A stretch of 64,000 nucleotides of DNA. It comes from Tubulanus polymorphus. Its lineage: Eukaryota > Animalia > Nemertea. The translations under genes and the position numbers were made by a program. The notes under the pieces are model-generated. The model was given only the letters and a program-made list of their open reading frames with translations. It did not search any database and was not told where the DNA came from. The stretch lies in NCBI RefSeq assembly GCF_964204645.1, contig NC_134026.1, positions 26,322,150-26,386,149 of the forward strand. Reading direction: 5' to 3'. The stretch's first letter is position 1; the number at the start of each line of letters is the position of its first letter. Below, one piece after another: positions 53,802 to 64,000 of this stretch.

Positions 53802-55786
53802 ATGGATATTGTAACTATCTTATTACTGTTCGCAGTATGTTGCTTGTTTCTGTACTTTCTCCATCACAGATCAGTGAAATACCATCTACCACCCGGTCCT
53901 ATCGGGATTCCTTTTCTCGGATATGCCCCATTTGTAGGTATGTATCAAGGCAATCTCTTTACTCTAATACAGCAATTTGGAAATAAATGTGTGACACCGG
54001 CTGGCATCATGAGGCACCACTTGCGGTCACTGAACTCTGTGGCTGCTTTATGGTAAGAATGCGAGTGTCTGGAATTCTGGAATATCGCGATATTCCACAA
54101 TGATAGATTATCGCCAAACTATGATAATTACGTACTTATGTACTAATTATGTTGATTCATTATATTTTACATAATTTCAGGGAAATGTTTTGCAAAGACA
54201 TGCGTAAAATTGTCAAAACGATACAAATCCGATATCATATCTGTAACTCTCGGTCGCAAAAAATTTATCATACTCAATAGTTACGAAGTAGCCAAGAATG
54301 TTTTGACGAAACATGGACAACGGCTCACTGACCGACCAGACTTGTTTTTTAAACGCTTCATTACCAAAGAAAAAGGTAGGTTAAGAACTTAGTTATTGAA
54401 GAATAAAGGTTTTTAATAGGGTATTTACCATGTTATTTTTCCATGGGTATTCCAGGTATCATTGGATCTGATGGTGAAATTTGGAGAGAGCAGCGTCATT
54501 TTACGTTAGGTTTACTGAAACAGTTTGGCTGGGGTAAAAAGGATATGGAAGATCATATCATACATGAGGTGCGCAATGTGTTAGAATATTTCAATGAGAA
54601 AGAAGACATTCCAACCGATAGTAATTTCATATTCAACGTGGCTATCTCTAATGTTATCAGTGCACTGGTATTTGGTCGCAGATACGACTATGACGATCAA
54701 ATGTTCCTGAATTTTCTCGCGATGATTGACCGTACCATCGAAAAGATTGGTCTATTGTCTATACTCAATCATTTCCCTTGGTTAGTTTACTTTCCGGGAG
54801 ATATATTCAAATTGCAAGAAGTCACAAAAACGTCTGCGGCTGTTGATGAATTCATTGCGCATCAAGTTATCGAACACAAGGAGAAATTGGACGAAAATAA
54901 CGTTGATACATTTATAGACGCATACCTGGTGGCCCAGCATGAAAACACCAAAAAGACGTCTCCTATTTTCGAAGGTAGGTCTTCTCCTACAACATGTTCA
55001 ATTTGAAATTGAACACAAAAATTAGATTATCTAATTTAGAAAACGAAACATTGCAAAAACAAGTGAAATTTTTCATTTCAGATTCTCAGATGATTCAAGT
55101 TGTTCGAGATTTGTTTGTGGCTGGTAGTAAGACTACTGCAATTCTATTACGATGGGCTCTTTTCATGATGGCAACCTATCAGGATGTACAAGCCAGAGTT
55201 CATGAAGAAATTGATAATAGATTTGGACAAGAATCGACTATAACGCTAGCTGATCGCACTAAATTACCATACACATATGCAACATTGATGGAGATACAAA
55301 GATTCGTTGAGTTACAAACATTATCAATTCCTTTGACAAATAAAGATTCTCCGATCAAACTATACGGCTACATTCTGCCAAAAGAAACTATGGTAACGGT
55401 GAACCTATGGGCCATTCACCACGATCCAGATCTGTGGAAAAACCCTGGCAACTTCGATCCGCGTAACTTTCTCGATGATACTGAAAGCTACGTTGAAAAT
55501 CGTGAATTCTTCATTCCATTTTTGTTGGGTAAGTGCCGTCTGGATTTATAAGCAAGGGTTCATATCGCTGAACTCGATATCACATTGTTCTACGTATGTT
55601 TTAGGAAAACGTTCATGCATCGGCGAACCTTTGGCGAAGATGGAATTGTTCTTATTTTTCGCAAGCTTCATGCAAACATATCGAGTCACATTTCCAGAAG
55701 GGAGCAAACATCCCGGATTCAGTCCGGTACAAGGAATTGTACAACAACCACAACCACATAGATTAATTACATCACGCAGAAAATAG
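53802..55786 (+). CDS. Cytochrome P450, CYP2 clan, 5 exons
   Basis: N-terminal TM followed by LPPGPIGIPFLG, WREQRHF (WxxxR), DLFVAGSKTT, EIQR (ExxR), FDPRNF, heme motif FIPFLLG/KRSCIGEPLAKMELFLF. Confidence 0.95.
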
Positions 55787-56114
55787 TTATTCCCCGTATT
55801 GTATAATACTTTCATGAATCAAAATGATAAGTTATTGAATTTCCAGTCTCACGTACATATATAATACTCTTCGTTGACTCCTCTATCGCGACTCGTTGAG
55901 AAGTTTTACCTCGTCATTACGCAGATAACATTTACAAACAATTTGCTGGACCAATATCAAGGTTGATATTTTAGATATCTTATCAATACATCTATCGTCA
56001 CCATTTGCAATAAATAATTTGACTGTGATCCTATAATGGTCAACCAGGCTTTCAAATTCTCACACCAAAAGTATAAAGATACGTAACTTTACTGTTGAAT
56101 CAACAGTTGTCAAA

Positions 56115-57216
56115 ATGGAACGAGCTATTTCAGTCGTCTTTTACTTAGCGCTTATCGGTTGTGTGTCAGCACAAATTCCGCGCTTCGGCAGTTGTCCCGA
56201 TGTTGAAGTAATGGAGGATTTTGATGTGACAAAGGTATAAATGTTCATATTTCTCAAGTAATTTTCTAAGATTTTCTAAAAAATGATACAAATAATATTT
56301 CTACGCTACCAGTAAGTTAATCGTCTTTTGTTTAAAAATGAAGTATACAGGGATATGGTATGAATATCAAAGATACTTTACTTTCTTCGAAATAAATGGG
56401 AAATGTGGAAAAGCGACATATACTTTGGATACATCTGACAACTCGATTATTGTAGAAAATAATGGAATCAACGCTAAGTATGTAAAATACAAAATGCTCA
56501 TTGTAAAACAAGAATTGTAAAATATGTTCTAGTTTTTTAATGCAATTCCTGGGCCGTTACGACTACTTTAGTTTTCTACCGATCTATCACACGGATCATC
56601 TGGATTGCTACATATGCGCCGAAAACTTCCAAAAAAATGTAAATCATAATTTCAACACAACTCATGTAACGAAAGTCTCGGCGGTCCAAGAATTCAAAAT
56701 TTGGGGAATAATCACGTTCAACTAATTTTGTTAAATTAGAACTGGAGCAGAAAGTTATACAAAAGGAAAGGCTGTCGCTCCGAATAAGGATATTCCGGCA
56801 AAGCTAGAGGTTTCTTTTCCCGTTGGTAAGTAGAATGGTAATCAATTACCGACCCTTTACACGGACAGTGACTAATTGTGATACTTGTCGTCCAGCTGGA
56901 CCATTTGCCAAAGGGAAATACTGGGTTCTTGATACCGACTACGAAACCTATTCGGTTGTATATTCGTGCAGCGCTGATGTGAAGTTGGCACATGCAGGTA
57001 AGACATTTCATTCCTCATGCGGCGTGGGCCGACCATTTGCCAGTTTCTATTGTAGTATAAGCATTAAATATGATTGCAGATATCGTATGGATTCTGAGTA
57101 GAGATAGAAGTGGACTATCCAAAGCCACAAAGGAGAAGATATATGCTCTCTTAAAGTCGCAAGGAATTCGCACCTGGCCATTAAATACAATTGACCAAAC
57201 AAATTGTCCTAACTGA
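56115..57216 (+). CDS. APOD: Apolipoprotein D-like lipocalin, 5 exons
   Basis: Signal peptide, GSCPDVEVMEDFDVTK/YTGIWYEYQRY (GxWY), YWVLDTDYETYSVVYSC (TDY), VWILSR, terminal DQTNCPN*. Confidence 0.92.
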
Positions 57217-57447
57217 TGTTTTTAGGATTTATGTTATTTTTTGGATAATAAAACAGAAAATTCTCATGAATTCATGATTCGTTTTTTCCTGCTCATATGA
57301 TTTGTAAACAATATGATGTTGGAATGTCAGTCTTCCGATTACGAGCCGCCGGAACCCGCATCGCCAATAGTCACCAGGAAGTGGCGCCCTCTTGTACGTT
57401 GATTTCATCGCGATCTAGATGGCGTTTTAGGAGATTTTACTGTAAAC

Positions 57448-57461
57448 GTTGCCATGGTAGC
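57448..57461. promoter_or_regulatory. RFX X-box-like motif upstream of LRP2BP-like gene
   Basis: GTTGCCATGGTAGC, near-canonical, in a GC-richer patch that also has ETS-like CAGGAAGT and YY1-like ATGGCG. Confidence 0.55.
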
Positions 57462-57616
57462 TGTCCTGATATAGTGGCATTTTTGAAGAAATTCTTCTCG
57501 TTGACAGCAGCCTTTGTTTTAAAGGTTTCATACAGAGGAGGATACATGTACTAGTAGTTTGAAAATTGTTTTGAGCTATGCAAACATAATGTAAAAAGAC
57601 GGAAAGAGGGCGAGGC

Positions 57617-60361
<2,745 letters not shown>

Positions 60362-61017
60362 ACAGCTACATCGCCACTGGGAAGGATTTGCTATTTTTAC
60401 TGCTTTCTGTCTTCTTGATTTTCATAATTCTGGTCATATAATATTTTCAAAATTCAATAATACTGAAAAGCCAATATGTTTTAATGCCTGTGATATTTTT
60501 TGTCTTTAATGTTAGAATAGTTTTTGTGTTATTTTTTATTGGGAATTTTATAACTGTATTATATACATTTGTATTCTGTACTATTTCTATTCATTATTGA
60601 AAACATTTCAATGAATTTACCGTAGAATCGTGTATCCCTTCTTCATTTAATGAGAGGATTATGTCAATGAAAATATGTGGGCCAATATGTGCTAGTAGTC
60701 AATTTAAAATATCTGATAAGACTGATGATCTGTAACACTAAAACTGTGAAAGATTGTATTGAATTTTGAGTATTGAAACAATTCATATACCTCCAGATGC
60801 TGCATTTGATTTTATCAAGCATGTACGGTACGTATTTTCCTCACAGGTATCCATAGACCACACATAAGTTGCGCAAGTAATTAATCTGTCAATTAGGCGT
60901 CAGAGAGATGTAGATTGTTATCTGTGTAGCAATTTCATGTATAGAATAAAAAATAAAGTAAAGTTAAGATATTTAGTTCATTTTTTTCTCCAAGCTTTAC
61001 GGCACATCGGCAATAAG

Positions 61018-61090
61018 TACAGTAGAACCCGCTTAATTCGGATCATTTGGGACCATCAAATTTCATCCAGTTTACAGGAAATCCGAATTT
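61018..61090 (+). mobile_element. Possible degenerate Tc1/pogo-type MITE end
   Basis: TA followed by CAGTAGAACCCGCTTAATTCGGA resembles pogo/Tigger-type termini, with an internal inverted copy aatccgaatt at ~61080. No clean second terminus found. Confidence 0.35.
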
Positions 61091-61944
61091 GAAAGTCATT
61101 TTCTAGTATATTAATGAACAACTGGACTGCAAATATTTATATGCAATTAGCAACAAAAAACGCCAAAATGAAATTTGCCTTGTGTGCAGGTACAATCTTC
61201 AAGTGTGTTTGTCACGGATATCTAACATGTTTGATATACCGGTACTTGTTGCGATGCAACAAGTTCATCCACAATGCATTATTCAGATACTTGTCGCCAG
61301 ATTAAGTATGAACGTGCATTACGAGTCGAGTATATTATTAACTAATTGATTGTTCACATGATCAACAACAGCGGCAAGTGCAATACGCATTGGCGCTAGT
61401 GTACAGGGAAGTTTTCAGTGGTGTATTTGTGGTGATGTACTTATTGCTATTATGCAGCAGGTTTTATATTTGATATCCATCGAGGAAGTATTACACTAGA
61501 TTTCCTTTCTACTGAGCATTTCCTGTGACTCGTATTACAACTCCCTGTATTCTGTAAAGAATCGACAAAAACACATGTCTTGCAATCAGAAACAATAATT
61601 TATTCAACAATCTTTAGATGTGATTCAATCATTAGTTTTTGTTGTTAAGATTGAGGGGTAAATGACTAGAAAATATGATACAAATCTTTCACCGCGTATT
61701 GATAAAATTTGCCTGATAAGTTATATGCTCTTTAGGATGTATAGAGAGGGGACTTAAACTGCACACTTTTCCGAGACTACAAATTAATAAATAAATACAA
61801 GCTTATATAAGGAAACCATCTTTCAGATATGTCTACCATGAGCCATTATGTCAGACACCAGTTTATGGTTTTCTTTTTAGAAATGGCTTTCGGTATGGTA
61901 CATATCTGATACACATACCGGTAGTTCTTTGAATGGACATAGAT

Positions 61945-63835
61945 CTAGTTGAATAGAAGATCATTGTATGAATGAAGCAGACTGACTAAACTTGTCGTGT
62001 AGTTTGTTGTTGTACGAACGACTTTCGTCCGATCAGCTCTTTCAAAATTTGACTTGGCCATTTCATAGTATTCACCATCGCTGAGTGTAAATGATTTCAA
62101 ATGCAGACACTTCAACCTGAAATAGACAAACATTTTTGTTGAATTAGAAATGCATTCATACACAAAGTGAACTGGTTTCCATCTGCCAGCTAGTAACCGA
62201 TATAATTACCTAAGATGGTCAATGAACTTGCTACTTTTATCACTGTACCGGATTGTGTATGGATCCCATTGAATCTCTAGTCGTTCCATATGCGGACAAT
62301 TCTGAGCGAACTCCTCAATAATCTGATCAATGTGAATTCGTGTTGATATTTTCAAAAACCAACCATCCGCTGTCCCAAGCACGCAAATCCTACAAAATCC
62401 ACTTACGTAATTAGATTCGCTGCTCATTAAATTTAAGATTGAAACCAAACAATAACTCACTTAATTTTCTTGAAACAAGCAATTGCATTAACCCAAAACT
62501 GTTCGGCTATTTTTGGCTTGCCAGCAACCATCAATCCAAAAAGTTGATGTCCATGTACTTTAATGAAGTGACTTATAGCGGCCTCTGATAGAGTAGTTGT
62601 GTTTCTGACGTCCAAAGCTTCAATATTGTTTAGTTTGCCTTCTTTCATGAGTCGATCTAACACCTGAAAAATATCCCTCAAACCTTTTACTACTGAATAC
62701 ATGCAATGCTTAAGAATATTGAAGAAAAGCAATCTAAAAACGAACTCACTTTATCGTTGAAAAAATCGCAGAAACCAACAGCTAGATAACGAAACCCGGG
62801 CATCCGTGGAAGAACATTCTCCAAACATTCAGCTGATAATTCTGTTGATGTAATATCCAGCTCATCAATTACACTATTCTCCCATGGGACAGCTTCCATG
62901 TAAGCATCCTCAAGACCTTAATTACAAAATTCATCATATCAGGAAATAAACCAGTATAAACAGCCATCTGAATTCTTCATATAAAGAAATACATACTGCA
63001 ATGTTGCATGAGCAATGTTCGCAGTTTCTTGCACTTCTGGATCAATACTTTAAGCGACTGGCCCTTCACTCTTAAACAGAAGTTTAGAGCAAGAGTTTCC
63101 AAATGGATGCAGTTCGACGAAAGGGTCTCAATGTGTGAATCATCGATAAAATTTATCCCGTACAAGTTGACTACTCGTAAATTTGGCGTGTGTGATTTGA
63201 TCTTGCTTATGTTAATTACTTCGTAGATTTCCTCTTCTTCCTCATTTGAAAGTTCAAATGTACCTTTATAGGAAAGAAAAAATCGATTCATTAAAACGCC
63301 ACAAATACGCATGCACAATATATAATTGCGGATGGAAAATTAATGAATCCAATTTACCAATAAGATGAAGAACTTGTATCGAAGAAAGACAGCTGTATAT
63401 TCTCCTCATGAAACCTTCCATGAAAATGACCTCAGAAAGGCTTATACAGAGGCTGTACAAGTTACAAGGAAAAGCGCTCAAATCATTGAAGTCGTGAAGT
63501 TGCATAGCATTAGAAAAATCCAGCACCATACGCTTGAGATTCGGACATTTATTGGCAACTTCGTGTAGAATTGGAGCCGTGACCAAATCAGACGGCAACT
63601 CAATATAACGCAATGTCGAACCAAAACGAATGCCGATCAGAGCCAGCAGTGCCTCGATGTTGTTGACATAGAGACCGGAGAATTCTGGCCGAAGCGAGAC
63701 ACTTTGCCACAATCTGCTGTCATACGCGATCAAACGCCATTTCTTGCAGACTGACGCAATTTGACACAAGTCGATATGTCGAAGGTAGGAGAAGATCGAA
63801 AGAAGAATTTTGTCAGGAAGTTTCGAAATATGTCT
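61945..63835 (-). CDS. F-box / leucine-rich repeat protein, 5' exon(s) outside window (from memory, possibly related to Drosophila FipoQ)
   Basis: F-box ISKLPDKILLSIFSYLRHIDLCQIASVCKKWRLIAYDSRLW followed by Cys-containing LRRs (ANKCPNLKRMVLDF, SSNCIHLETLALNFC, AQNCPHMERLEI). Stop at 61945-61947. Confidence 0.92.
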
Positions 63836-64000
63836 CTAGAAAAGATAAAACTTTTTCATGTTATCCACGAAAGCAACTTTTTTACTCGACATTTCATCTC
63901 GATTTAAACGAAAATTAATCTATAAAAGATGACCATGCAATAAAAATGTCCGATACTATTGCTACTGAGTCCTATACTGAATGCATGATAAACGAAATTA

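Overview
AT-rich, intron-dense eukaryotic (invertebrate animal) genomic DNA with mostly 60-90 nt GT-AG introns; most ORF-track entries are exon fragments or spurious. Twelve spliced protein-coding genes were reconstructed by hand: MMS19 (5'-truncated, +), a five-finger C2H2 protein (-), sideroflexin SFXN2-like (+), a large ABLIM/UNC-115-like gene (-), FAX/FAXC-like (+), a reeler-domain protein (+), a divergent SLC6 transporter (-), EXOC4/Sec8 (+), a CYP2-clan P450 (+), ApoD-like lipocalin (+), LRP2BP-like Sel1-repeat protein (+) and an F-box/LRR protein (5'-truncated, -). No prokaryote-type system, CRISPR array, rRNA or tRNA was seen, and I cannot support a wholly new biological system. The best leads are: three candidate 15-nt frame-preserving microexons (two in ABLIM, one in EXOC4 surrounded by TGCATG motifs); an SLC6 with degenerate Na+/substrate motifs behind paired RFX X-box-like sites; a P450 with Lys in place of the I-helix acid; an ABLIM with only two visible LIM domains; a possible alternative last exon of FAXC; and two intronic MITE-like elements. 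Family assignments rest on recalled motifs, not database searches.
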